In this document: piece after piece, positions 1 through 13,876 of the stretch
Numbering within the stretch: the stretch's first letter is position 1
Layout: each line of letters begins with the position of its first letter
DNA from: Klebsormidium nitens
Taxonomy: Eukaryota > Plantae > Klebsormidiophyceae
Direction of reading: 5' to 3'
Assembly: GCA_000708835.1 (NCBI GenBank)
Contig: DF237368.1
Span: 1-64,000, forward strand
DNA length: 64,000 nt
Made by a program: the position numbers and the translations under genes
The notes under the pieces: model-generated
The model's database searches: none
Told to the model about the DNA's origin: nothing
What the model saw: the letters and a program-made list of their open reading frames with translations, nothing else

Positions 1-3000
1 TGCATTGCGCAACCTGCGCCCGACCTGCAGTCCTGGTGTGGCATCTACCAATTATCTTTGCTTGCCCGCTGCGCCCCCGGCTAGCTGACGTCTCGTTCCG
101 CCGACCTTCATTGGTTCTAAAGCATCAGCCGGCCCGGTAAAATGCTGTTCAGAGGATCATGTGACATCATAATTTCGCCCGGCGGATGATATTCCTGGTC
201 AAGATGGACTTTTGGTGTGCCAAGGCAACGTGAAAAGATTCGTGCAGTGCACATCGCCGAAGTTCGAATCTACCTGTTCGGACCATGCCACGAAAAGGAT
301 ATGGTGCAGTCCGACATAATAGCAATTCTCGTCAGATCTTGTAATTAAGCAGTTTACCCACTCAATTTTCCGCTGCCCAGTCGGTCGTAAATGACGTGTT
401 TGAGCTTCGTGAAAAGAATTTTCGAGAACGAGCTGACCTCAGCAACAATGTTCGTCTGGTCCTGCTAGCCAATTTGATATTCGCTGCGCAGGCGGATCCT
501 TCGTCGACCTCCTTCATACTTCTTTCTAAGCCGCTTCTGCCGCTCTCGAGTTCTCTCGGAAGAAAGCTCTTTCGCACTGAGAGCGTAACAGCCAGAATCA
601 TGCCAGATACGTCAGAAGTGATATGTGACCATCGGTCGGAACATCGTGCCGCGAGTTGATTTCGTCTGATCCACCATTGTTGGCCAAGGTGTTTCAATCG
701 TCTTTTTGTATCCAAATTGACAAGTCGTCTAAAAATCTTGGACGTAAGCCCACAATTCATTAAAGCTCTATGCCCATGATCAAGAAGCACTATGCATTTC
801 AGACACGCCACTCATAGATCGGTGCACTGATTCACAAAGGCGGCCGCGTTAGTGGGTAACGAAACTCGAAGCTTTGAGAATGAAAAGAAAGGCGTCAGGA
901 TGAGTTCGCCCTTGACCACGTCGTGTCTACGACGCGGCCGAGAAATATGGCATCACCGCCTTGCCCCGTCCGCCATCGAAAGTGCACCGAGGCTCCTCCC
1001 AAAGATAGAAACGAAGGTTTTCTCAGTCGATGGAACCACAGTCTTCTTCAGCACGCATTCTGAATAGCACGTGGCGCGTTGGCTTTGAACAGGAGCCAAA
1101 CCGGGGCCTTGAACTGAATCTTTTGCTCCAGAAAATTGGCGGACGAACCCGAGCTATGGCCCGGTTCGAGGCCGGTTCTCGGAGAACAGAAACCGCTTCC
1201 CGCAATCTGGAGCCGGTTCTCACAGATCGGTTCATGTTCTCTTTGAAGCGGCCTCGAACCTGGCCTAAGTCCGGTCAGTCAGCCGCTTTTCCGGAGCGGA
1301 ATGCTCCTATTCGGCCCAAGTTCGGCTGCTGTTCGCAGCCAAGCCTCCTTGTGTAGGTGAACTGTTTCCAAACATGCGCTAAGATTTCAAGTTCCGACTC
1401 GTCACTGTGGAACTGGGCTTCTCGCATTCTGATGTAAAATGCTCGGTATCGTGACCGGCACCCCATTCGTACGTCAAAAGATTCTGACGATCTGAACACA
1501 GCAGCGTTTGAAGATTCTCGGTCCGTTCCAGGTCGTGTTTACTAGGCGAGGTCCCGGGCGACCACTGCAGTGCCGTACCAATACACACGTTGTCCATTGA
1601 ACAGCTACCGCCTCCGAGACGCTTTTTTTCTCTCGAGTACAATTCCAATGCAGATTGACACAGGTTTTGGACAGGACGTCAGCAAACCGGCCTTCACCAC
1701 CTTTCCATGAAAATGGTAGTCTCTGCTTTTAGGTGCTTCATTGTCGTTGCAACCAGTCTGCATTCACGTGCACCGCGAGCAGTGCTTGAGAAAAAGTTTT
1801 TTGGATTGAACGCCAGCCGTTGATATAAAACTCAACACAATCACCCAGCAGGCGATCACTAGTCTCTTCAACGTGCTTTCCCTCCTTTGTATCGCGCAAA
1901 ATCGGTTCTCGACACGTCAGAATTGTGTATGGATGCAAGCACTGGTTTTGACCAGATGCTTTCTTGCAGACAACCTTATGGACGATGTGGCATCAGAAGC
2001 ACGTACAGGCTAGTATGGCAAAGCGGCCCACGAAAGGCGTGCCATACTCTCTTCAGCGCCTCATGATGTCGTGCTGATCCATAATTTTCATCAAGTTTAG
2101 GGGGCGTGCGACTCGAAGTGAACAAGTGGCCATACTTGCTATTTTCCTTAAGACCTTCGGAAAAAAGAAACTAGGTTTGATCGATAAGTGACTAAAGTAA
2201 CATCACGATTCAAACGGACTGAACCCATCATTATCGCAAATTTTAAATGGTGGACGAGGAGGCCAGCTCATCAGAATCTATATCAATTGGTTGGATCAGT
2301 GCATATGCATGAAGGAATTCCGCTGCTTATCAGGACTTCTCATTGACGGCACACGACCGGACGTTTGATCGGGAAGATCCTGGCAAAAGCACTTTGGCCT
2401 CCAAGGGGCAGAACTTTGCGTGTAAAGCTCTCAAAGTCAAATTTTTGAATAAAGAGTTCCTCGTTTGGGGAGAATACTTTGAGTCGCCTTCAGGGAATGT
2501 GCAGTTACAGTAGGGAGATATGGCCGTCGCAGAGGCAGAGGCCAAAAGACAATATCGTCATGGGCGATTCCTATTCCTGATCAAAAACGTCATGGAGATC
2601 GTTGCTGAGGGACCAGCCAAGTGAGTGAGCCACACGTGCGTCATCACGTTTTTGAGCTAACAACGTTTTCAGGCGGAAGACAAGCCACCTGGAGAGACTT
2701 GTCCGGTCCGCGACTTACACGCTGAGAAGGGATGCTAATATCAAAGGAGAGACCCATTCAAAAGCCGATCTCTCTTCCATTAGCGACCTTCACCAGCATA
2801 CTTAGGAATGATGCAGAGAGGCCTGCGGCGCGTGCGGTGAACACTAACCGTGCGAAGTTTTCTTCAATAGCGTTTTAGCGCGCGTGTCGATAGGTGCGCG
2901 ATGGTGGTATTGAATCAGAGGGCCGACATTAAACAGCCGGAATCACAGCCGTTCATTTCGACCACGCTTGGGGTTTCTCATTGCCAAACGGCTTGAATGT

Positions 3001-6000
3001 CATCGCCTCGTTAGGTTTGTATCGACGAACTCCACAATAGAAAAGCTCCTAGTCCCGCCGCGGGTACTACCATGTCTAAGAATCTATGCCCTTTCGCCGG
3101 AATGTCTCCCAAGTTGAGGCGCACACGCCCGGGCATATGCAATCCATAGTCTCTTACGTTTCTCTCGCATCTAGTAGAGAAGCTGCGCCCGTGACCTGTC
3201 ATGGGCTGTCGTTCTTTGCGCGGGCCCGCGCGGCGCCGCTGCACAGTTGCTGCCTGCAACAGATGCCCGGCGCAAGCGACTCGGAAGGCCGAGACGAGTA
3301 TACACAAGCAGATATCAAAGTTACAGGGGCAACTTGCCTTAACGGAGAGAGATTGGAGATTCCTGCGACAAGGCAAAGACTCCTTGTTCAGGTGCACATC
3401 GGCAACCTCAGAATCGCCCACTAATCTGTCGACTCGGTGAAAAGGACGCGGATACGTATACTGAATTCCGGCAGCAAAGCAACGGCAGGACTCCGCCACA
3501 GTGTGCGGTAGCTTTGAATGTTCTTCGAAGCTCCTCGCGGTTTATATTACATGTCCTATCCGCTTGGGTTGATTGATAAAGACGGATCAGAATCGAACAA
3601 GAATCTCGAGGACATTTCCGAGGATTGGCCTCAGCAACCTTATCCTGGCACGATCTTTGCCAGCATACGCTTTGAGCAAGACGGCGCACTTCATTGGCCT
3701 CTTTGGTGCTTTTGCATTTCTTCCACTGCGCTACCACTCTCAGTTGCTTCTTGATGTGAAGCTCCTAAAAGCACAAACCGTTACTGCAGAAAGGTGCTCA
3801 ACACATCTTTGAAATGGGACCCGCAGTTTGCGCCGTTGAAGTCGATGTAGCCCAACCCGCTATCCTCAACTTGATCGCTCCTCGCACCGTTTCTGACCGT
3901 CCATGCCAAGACGCGTAACGTGCTCTTTCTTTGCCCGAGATATCAGATGCTACCATTCAAGCACGACCCACATGTATGAGCACAGCAAAGACAGTCCCCA
4001 TCAGCGGGTGCAGCCATAGGCGCCAGGCTGGGGAGGAAATGGAAGCACTGATTTTTTAGTTTGTTGGCTTCATAGTACTTCAGTACGATCTTGACCGGGT
4101 CTTTTCCAGGACGCGGCCGGGACTAGACACATCACCGCCCTGCATGCCGCGGTTTGATTTGTTTTGGTTCAAGATTGCCATCAAGATTCTTGAAAACCTT
4201 TTCAAAGGGTCAGCACGTTGTCCACTCAGGTGGTCTGAATTCTCAAGGGGATTTTCCTTTCAATCCCTGATGCGTGCGCCGCGTGTCATTCTTCAGAGTT
4301 CCGGTATTCAACTCAGTACGACAATCTAATAGGTGCTCAAGATTTTACCCTGGCAGGCATATCGTGCGGGTTCAGACTTAAACCATCGTGAAAAGAAGCT
4401 AGCGCTGCAACCGGTCGAGACTCTCCATGAGGTCCAAGTTGACGCTCGGTGCACATTAAACACGGCCTCCTCACGGCCCCGGGCCATCACGGCCCCCGAC
4501 GATGCCTGTTGCGTTGGGCGACCAATAGAGTTGCCCACCGGCGCCGACACGTCGCCCAACAGAGTCGACGACCGCCTTTAGACGCTTGGTCGCAATTCAA
4601 TCCTCCCCTAAATTCTGGTCAAATCTGAACAGCGCACCAACCTTGAATCGCCTTGATCAACTATAATTGATTGAGAGGGCTCAGAATACTTGAACGTTTC
4701 TTAAACCCTGAAGTGCTAAGACAGCGAAAAACATCTGCTTGTCCTCAATGACGGGCATTGCTCCCGCCAGGAGAAACTAGGTGCGAGAGATTGCTGATAG
4801 CTCCTTTGCGTTTTAGCGCGAACAAGAATCAAATCTGGAAGGAGAAGAGCTCTAATTGGACGGAAAGGAGTTAACACAACTCAGAGGAAGTCACGGCTGA
4901 ACAATGAATTGGAAGACCGGAATCAGAGGCAATCAGATTCGAAACGGTCTGTGGCTGGCCCTGGCGGCTTGAAAGGCTGGGGCCACACCGTTACGTCTCT
5001 TCAGCGCCTCGTATCAATGTCGAGTCACCGATCACCGAGGTCTGCAGTGCTTCTTGAACTCAGTAAGAGCTTGAAAGCGGCCCTTCTTTCATATACTTCC
5101 CAGAATGCGGAACTACGAAGCGGTTGGATCTAGCTGGAAGTTGCAGCTTCGAAGAGGAATTAAGGGCCCAAAGTTCGGAAGATTTGGACGCGGCTCAATC
5201 AACGCTATATACTGTGCGACTACCACTGCCGATTGCGGATCATGATTTGAAGGGGACTCATGACATGTACGGTGGCCAAGGAAGGATTGCTCTTGGTTTG
5301 AACTTCGGTGACCTCTCCGTGAGAACGAATTCGCAAAAGCTTTCCCGCGTTACGCAAAAATCTTTCAAACAGAATGTTTGGAGGAGAAGAAGTGGGTCGG
5401 CCTCTGAGAGTACTACGTAGTGAGGAAGCTTTGCAGTCGTCAGAGGCAAAGGCCAACTGACGTCATCATGGCCCGAAGAATTTCATATGCCTGTCGCATT
5501 GAGAGCGTGAGTCGCCTTCCACTTACCGCTGCAGAAAGAGCACCCTACTCTAATACTGCAACATAATCTAAAAATGGTGTGCAAGCTTGAGTCAAGAAAG
5601 TGTACTGAACGTGGATACTTTTCTCGAGCTGAAGGGACTCATCACGCAATTGCCACGAGCCGAGTAAGGAGGGCCGCGGTGGAAAGCAGACGCTTGGTCC
5701 AACCAAATCGGCTGCACTTACGAATGATATTTGGAGTGCTGATTGGGAGGCGCGTGCGAAACCAACCAAGAACGTTGACAATTTCAGCAAAGTTTGCGCG
5801 CTCGAATCCGAATGTGATAAAGGCATGAAATGATGGAAGTAAAGCGCATCACGGCCAATCAAATCAACCATGATGGCTCTGTCTATCGTTGCCAAACGGC
5901 TTCATAGTCTGTAGAGGGTTTGTAAGGTTGGAAGAAATTTTACGATCTACTAGGAGCTCCTCCGCCTTTCATTTTGGCGGGTGAACCATGTGTTAGGATA

Positions 6001-8351
6001 CTCAAGGGAAGTGACCGCCCTACGCTGAAAATATTCCCGAAGGCGACAAAAGCGCACCGGTCCCTAAAAGGCGGGCCGTACTCGTCTCGATAGCCCCTCG
6101 TATCAGGTTCCATGATTCCACGATTACCACGATTCAGTGTGCTCGTCAGACTGAGAAAGCGGCTGTTCCTTACATCGCCTCCCTAGAACACAGGAAGGCT
6201 GGAATCAAGTTGCATGAAAACGCTTTTAGACAAAATCACGAGCCGGAAGTTGGAAGGAGAGGACCGATCAGCGCGGAATTCAGATCGCGAAGTTGGAACA
6301 AGGGAGTCGAGCAGCTGCTGCGCCCCTACCACTATTTGCAGACCGCCGCCGATCGTGAATTGCGCTCCCAAGGAAACTCTTAACACAAAACGGTTGTTAT
6401 TGCAAGACAAGCCAAAATACGAGATTCAGTGGGCGTCTGCAGGAAATTGCGTAAAGCTCTTGTTGATTTGCATGAGTTGTGATACAGAGAACATCCTTTG
6501 CGAGACAGTACGTGATTCTGGCCTCAAGAAACACGGATCTCCCGATTGGCTGTTTGACAGAGCCGCCAAATTACATCATCATGGCCCAGGAATTTTCTAG
6601 CTCTAATCTCGTGTAACCAAATCGCACACATACATCAAACAGATATACCGTGTGCCCCTTTTCGAGTCGTAACACGTGCAAACCCCGACGAACAAGGTGT
6701 ATAGAAATGAACACATATGGGACTGAGGCGACTCATTGAGAGAGTGGCACATGGCTAAGAGGCTCCAGTCTGAACACAAACCATCGATCCAATTGAACCT
6801 TTCTTGGGTACGGATTCTCAGATCATTTGCAGCTTAGATCAACTAAGAGCGACTGGTTGCTTTGCAGATTCTGACCGCTCGTTAAAAAGATGCAAATGCT
6901 ATGGTATCGGCCACTACTTTGACCATGATGGCTAGCTCAATCATTGCCAAGCCATTAAAATGACTTGTATCGGACATAAAATTCAAGGAAACGAGGTCTC
7001 TGTGCTTTCGAATTCAAAAAGGATTTAACGACCACGGCAGCATGATCACATTCAGCAATCACAACTCCGTCGAAAATTGCCAAAATCTTCTTTTTTTGCC
7101 TCTTTCTGAGTCGGGGCATATCCAAATCTTTCGAAAGCTGACACTCCCGAGAATCCATGGAAAGGTGTCTTCAAATGAGAAGAGTTTTAGGACGGGCTGT
7201 GAGCCCAATGATCTGAGATGACTGCAACAAGAGTTCGTCCTGCTTGTCATTAGTGGAAAGGCTGAAACTCTCTAGCCTCTCCAGCTTTGAGCCTCTGGCC
7301 GCAGGTTTTCCCGTGCGACCTCGAACTCTCCCTGTGTTTTAGCCAAAGAAAACTTCTGACCACTGACAGCAGCGAATCGTTGCGAATCACAGCAAAACAA
7401 TTGACTGATCAAGGGAGTGTGCTAAAGATGAAAAGCTGAATCATTTCACTGCATCAAGATGCCGAATCAAGTATTTTGGTTTCTGTTCACTAGAAACGGA
7501 ACTGCCCATCGGGTCCAACCTTCCAATAATCGGATTGGACCTGAAAAACTCAAGCTGATCCAAGAATTGGAAACAGCCTCCCCCTGCTCTAACGTCCGGT
7601 TTGCAAAATGTATTTACCCTCAAAAACAACGTTTGGTTTATCCAATGTGCGCAAATACCTATTTGTATATGCCCAAGTCTCGACCGCATACGCTATCTTC
7701 TTCTTCCACAAACGGGGACGGTCCGGAAAAACGGGCTCCTCAGCTTGCTGCTAAAGAAGATACGAACTTTACCGTTGAGTCATTTTGAAGGACCATTAAA
7801 TCTAACTTTATGTGATCTCCTACTTCTCTCCTACCACCTTGTCGCGCCAAAGCTCGACCCCAGAGCTGGAACCCCAATGACGACGCCCGGCTGATAGGTC
7901 CGCCCAGTGTGCGTTGACGCGCGAGAAGGCGTTCCGTTCCGCTGCACGGGCAAAAGGGAACAGGACGTGCACTTACTATTACCACTAGAGTTAATCCTCA
8001 AACCGCAACATGGTGCGGATCGCCCACTACAAAATTGATTCTAGCGTCGAGTGGTATACTCCGAGCCTCTGGCATACACAATGCGTACACAAAACTTGAA
8101 ACCTACTGGTCAAGGGGATTGCTTTCAAAGTCTGAATGTCCTCAAAGCGGCAATTCTGAAGAGCTAGCTAATAGACACTTCAGCCCCTCCAGAACATTTT
8201 TGTTTCTTTTTCTGTCTCTTAATCAGTATGTTTCTTTTGACGCACCCCGTCCAAACCGAACAAAAACAGTTTACAGACGAGAATCTCAAACACGCACACA
8301 GACTACAAACCTGCCTTCCGAGCCTTGTTTCCCGCTCTCAATCTTTAACCC

Positions 8352-11300
8352 TTACGTTCTCACCAGCATAGACAGCGGCGGGGCCGATGGCGTCCCATTG
8401 CCAGCTGGCACTCCGGCGTCTTCCTCACTCCCCCAGCCGCCACGTGGCGGCGGCTGCGCCCCTGCGCGGTTTATCCAGCCTCCCTGACTGCCACGCGGCG
8501 GCCCAGGATAGGCCCGAGGCGGAACCCCAATCGCCCACGTCTTCTGCAGCTGCAGCTGGCGCGCGCGCTCGCGGCCGCGCCGCCGCGTTAGCAGGTAGAG
8601 AAAGAGCGAAAAGAGCGCGAGCGATGACGTGGCAAGCGTGAGCACCAGGTAGCCGACCCACTGGATGACGGCGGCGGTCTTGAGGGGGGGGCAGCGGTCG
8701 GCGACGAAAGACTGGAGGATTCTGGTGATAATCGTGCAGTTCGCCTGCGAGAATCAGAATAAAGTAGATCTGTTTAGGTTGCAACGATCTTGATCAAGTT
8801 TAGCACAAAGTACATCTCATAGTTGCAAGAGAGGACTTTAACCAGAAACGGCAAGGTTGAAAAGCTGATTTAGGCACGTGACCGGGGTCTGGCATACCCG
8901 ATGAAAGCGGCGACTACCAGCCGACCTTATAAATGATTCAAGGGACTGAGCATGATAGTCATGAAGTAGTCTCAGACGAGGGTTAGTTACTCGCGACCTG
9001 GTATTGTTCGCCTGCAACAAGCAGCCGCTCTCTTCGCGAAGTGATCGAAGGATCTGATAAAAGTCACTTCCTCGGACCACGACGGCTGCTGTTTTTCTTT
9101 TAAATCACGCAGCAGACAACAAAGGGTATTGGCACCAACGTTTTGCGGTCCTCTAAGTTGACTCCGACCACTTAGGACGTATGAATTTTACTCCGAAGTT
9201 GCAACGTGTTTTAAAATCCACCTTACGAGCTTTTCGAGACGCGTCTATTGGATGAGGGCCTAGGAGCAGCGACTGAAGATGAACGTCAGGGCTGATTTTA
9301 TCTTTGAGAAACTCCTGTCGTGATTCAAACTCTGCGGGCGTTATAAGATCCATCCAAATATTGGATTGAGTCGCTAAATCCTTTAGTGGGTACTTACCAC
9401 GGCCTCTAAGGTGGGAATATCTTCCTGCAGCGCCGCACCCACTCTCAGCAAATCCCCAACCGACACGTGTCCGACCGTCTGGTTCAAGACCCCTCTCGAA
9501 GCCCCGCCCCCTTCCCCGAGCATTGCTGCCGCGTTGGCCAACGTCACACAGCCAGCTCCCGCTGCGGCAAACGGGTCGCAGAGAGGTGCCACGTGGGAGC
9601 CTCCTATTCGCCCGTTCTGATCTCTCACGAATCCGTTGTACTCTGAAACTAGCTGGCTGGTTAGTCGTTTGCCTTCTGTTAGGAACTTCAAAGCCGTTTT
9701 TGAACGAGAGCACGCGAAGAGCCTTTCGAGGGAAGCTCTCGAGGGGCTTTCCGTTCCGCTAACGTACTCTTCCGCCGCGGAACACGCGTCGTCCGCCACG
9801 TGTCGGCCTGCTAACGACAGCCCGAACGCCACCCACATGAGCGCCGCGACAATCCACGCGCAGATCGCGGCCACGAGGAGGAGCCACGCGGCGCGCGGCC
9901 GCGTGACGCAGAGCCACGTCAGCAGGATGGCTGACGTCAGCAAGAGGGCGGAGAGCAGGACGCCGGTCACGATGCGCGCGGCCGTGACGCTTCCGTGGAC
10001 TCGTGAGCAGAAGCGGTCGCCGGAACGGAAGATTGTGACGGCGGAACGGTTGAAAGCGGACGCCTGATGCGCTAGGATTGTTGTGTCAGGTGCGAAGTTG
10101 AGGGACTGAATGGAGGAGGGAAGGTCTTCTAGCACGGAGGAAATAGTCTCGGCGGCCTGGAAAGGAGAGGGCTACTTTCAGAAAACAGGACTCTTTGCGC
10201 GTTCAGATCTTCAGTAGATCGTTTTTTCCACTTTATTGCAAGGGGACGAAAAGTCACCTGTCCAAGGTATATAGGAGCAGATCGCTGAACACAAATCTGC
10301 GAAGATGTTCCAAAAACCCAAACATAGTTTTTTTGAAGACTTGAACGCAGTTACGACAGCCATGAACCGTTTGACCGACGGGCAACACTCGGTGAAAATT
10401 TTGCAGGCTTTTCATGGTCAATTTCGTTTCAAACGCGGGACGGACCCCGGACTTCGAATTGCGATTCAGACCAGTCAGAGTACTTTGTCAGCAGAACTCT
10501 GCTTCCGTGCAATCATTAGACACTCTCTCTCATTGAATCGTTCTGGCTCCAGAAACCTGATGCGCACTTTGCCGGGATCCTCTGGAGGATTGGCGAAAGG
10601 AAGCGCTCTTCATTGCCAGATCCATGTAGTTCCACACCGTAGAAACGAACCGATTCAGTCTGAAACTGCCTTCTCTTGCTGGCGGGCGGTTTGGGAATCT
10701 GCTTAAACGCGCATATGTCGCGCAAATACCACAAGAATAAAAAGACAGGATCTTCGACAGCACTAGGAGTCCCGTACAACCCAGCCGATTCCTTTTTCAG
10801 ACTCAACGTGCACAAGCACCTTAAGGTATTGAGATTTGAGAATTAGAACTGATTGAAATTCGAATTACGACAACAGTTCTTGTAAGGACGTGTTGTAGGA
10901 GATTCAACTAGAATCCGCCAATATTAGGTCGTCGAAGCTGTTCGCACTGATTCTAGATACTGAGAAGCAGTTTTTCGATGCAACAAGGCTTCAAGACTTG
11001 AATCGTTCCGGATAAGCTCTGCAACTCCGGAAGGGTTGCTGGGATAGTAATGCAATAGAAGCGCCTGATTTTCTGCATCGATTGCTCAAAGACAACAGAG
11101 TCGTAGCTTAAATGACTTGGAGAAACCACAAGGGCTCTCAGCGCAATTTCACGTCGCCGGAATCTGGTTCGACAAGCTCGAGCTACGACAATCCGCTGCA
11201 TCGACCATTAGCCTTGCTCAAACCGGACCATCAGAACAGTCGTTTCTGAGAAAAGATCTCCATCGGCGTCTTACAAACAGGAGAGTCTCATCTGGTTTTT

Positions 11301-12025
11301 GTTGAGCGTTTAGTAAAGAGCCTCACCCTGACAGCGTCCTGCGCGGTCCCTCTTGCCGTCTCCTCAGCCCGGTCCACTTCGTTGGCGACCCAGCCAGTGC
11401 CCACCACTGCCAAAACGCCGCCCGCGATAGCCACCGCCCAAATAAAACCCAAAAGTAAAGTGCGCGCTTTCGTTACAACCGGCTTCTCCACGTAAATCCC
11501 CCCGCTTCCGCCGTTAAGTTCGCTTTTCCCGTTCCGCCCATTCCGTCCGTTCCTTTTCGAGGACTTTCGACAGCAGGAGCGAAAGAGGAAGTACAGAGCC
11601 AAGCAAACGCCTACGCATAGCCACACGGCGCCGATAGCGTATCCCCAGATCCCGGTAAACGCAGCGGACGCCCAGTAGTGCGCGCTATGAACGTCGAAGC
11701 CGCCCTTGTACTCGTAGAATCCCCAGAGCGGGTCCGGCCGCGACGCGCCTTCGACGAAGCCGACGAAACCCTCCGCGCCGTGGCTGACGTCATCGCTGAC
11801 GTCATCTAGCGGGTTGCTCTCTTCGTGGAGGAGATTCCGTGCATGTGATCTCAAGGGGGGAGTCTCGGTGCTGAATCTGACAGGAGCTGTGCTCTCGGAG
11901 GATAGCGGAAAGCTAGCGGAAGCAAGCGGTATCTGCGCGGAGCAGTGCGGGAAGCGCGCACCGGGCAGGAGAGACGAGAGGAGCAGCACCAGAGCGAGGA
12001 TTACGCAGCAGATCCGGCGAAGCAT
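8352..12025 (-). CDS. Signal-peptide, multi-pass membrane protein of the plant family resembling Arabidopsis At1g71110/At2g12400 (possibly Tweety/prominin-like); 3 exons: 12025-11327, 10156-9398, 8744-8352
   Basis: Hydrophobic N-terminus MLRRICCVILALVLLLSSLL; motif DPLWGFYEYKGGFDVHSAHYWASAAFTG resembles the recalled family motif DPL..F..Y.GG.NI...HYW.S..FT. Several TM segments. All junctions are GT-AG and phase 0 (AVR|AAET, LEAV|ANCT). The last exon has the family-like C..I...L......CPPL followed by a TM helix. Confidence 0.8.
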
Positions 12026-13876
12026 CTTGGCGAAAAGAACGATTGCCTTTGAAATTGATCGGTTACAGCTCTCTGACTGAGATGATTAGCACCCGCCTAT
12101 CAAGCCTAGCCGAGTTTGCGCAGCTCAATATATTGAACGGATTGCAGCTCGGTTCTTTCTAACAGGACCGCGTGTCACCATGGCTTCTTCTGCATGCTAT
12201 CTCTGTCTGCCTGAAACATGATAATTTGAAACTAGAGACCGAGATAAAATGCCCTGCTTCCTGTGTTTTCAAGAAGCATCTAACATTCCGCGAGATCAGT
12301 GCCATTGTGTGCAGCGCTCTGCTTAGGCTCCTCCCAGTTAAAGCGTCAATGGTATCTTGTGCCGAAACGGGGGACGCAGTCTGCTCCGCAGCAAGAACCA
12401 AAAAGAATCCTAATGTCGCATACAAGGTAGGCCTTTAAGCTCAAAAGCAACAACGGCTGTACAAAAAGTCACGCTCTTCTTCCCCTTTGTCCAGACAGAG
12501 CTCGTCAGAAGCGCAGCACATGCCAGAGATTCATGCAGCTTCATGCCGCTCGCTCAATCGTCTCATACTTTACGAAATCTGGCGACCCAAGTACGGCCCA
12601 AAGCACCACTGGCGTCGCCTTGGCACGGCGGCTGCTGCTGTAAGTCAAATGCCCGGTGGCTACGCGGAGGTTGACTCAAGCGTGGGCGCAGCAAGCCGCG
12701 GGCGAACTATTTCGGGCTTGACACTCATTCGTCGGTTCGCCGGGGTTGAGTCATCCTCAGTATCAACTCGTGATTTTCATCAATTGACAGGGGAAGCGCC
12801 CGGCCCCTATAGCTTTCAGTCGTTCATGAAAGTCATGCATGATTGACATCAGTCTTGCATGACCTGCGCAGCAAATCAGTTGACGATCGAATCATCTGCT
12901 GATGATCGCGGTGTTCAACGCCTCACGCGCCCGCGAACGGCGACGCGAACGTGCAATGTTCGTCAAACTTTCAAAGTAAGCAATGCACAAGAAACGCGCG
13001 CTTCAAGAATTTTATATAATGAGCAGGGGATCCCGAAGGGGACTAAGACGTATAGGCCAGTAGTATCTGCAATTAGGCTGTTGATAAACTTTAAGGTATC
13101 TTCTCAAAAGTATTGGCTGACATTGCACGGTGACAGAACGTTTGCTAAGATCATGTTCATTTCACCTGCATACGTTTGCGCGATCAAGGCTATCGAATGG
13201 GCCCTGTAAGTTAGAAATTAGTGGCATTCAATTCATTACGCAACCCGGGTCCGCTGGCGAGGATGTGCATGTACGGTGTCACTGGCACGCCGTGCGCAGC
13301 CCATTCATCATTGAGCTACGGATTCTGATTGATCGGATATGCTGATATAATAGGACGCAAAATCCGCGAGTCCAACGATCTTTGAGGCCCTATTAAGCCT
13401 GCTGACGCGGTACGTACACGCCGCGGGCCCGATGCATGGACCGTCCACATCTCTCGTCGGAAACTGGGACCATCATTAGAACGCAAAGAACGACTGAAAC
13501 TCGGCACCATATTTATAACTTCCTTAGCTTTCGTCCCGATTCGTGCGAAATACAGCGAGGGCAATCATTGAATCCAACGGCAACTTCTAAAAAGACGTTC
13601 AGTTCAGAGATCTGCCCCATGCCGTCTTTTCTTGCACATACAATTTGGACCACATAGTTGTCACGTAGTCGAGCCGGCGCATGAGCGCTCAGGCTGGCAC
13701 AATTTTATGCTGCACCAACGGCGAGCATCTATTTGAAACTGTTCTAAAACGGACCGAACAAATAGCCGTTGCCAAACGATTTTTATTGTCAAAAGCGCAG
13801 TTAAGCGCAAGCTCTGATTGAACGGCCGGCGATGCACTGTAACGACGACTTTTGGGGTCGCCTCACCAGACTTTTT

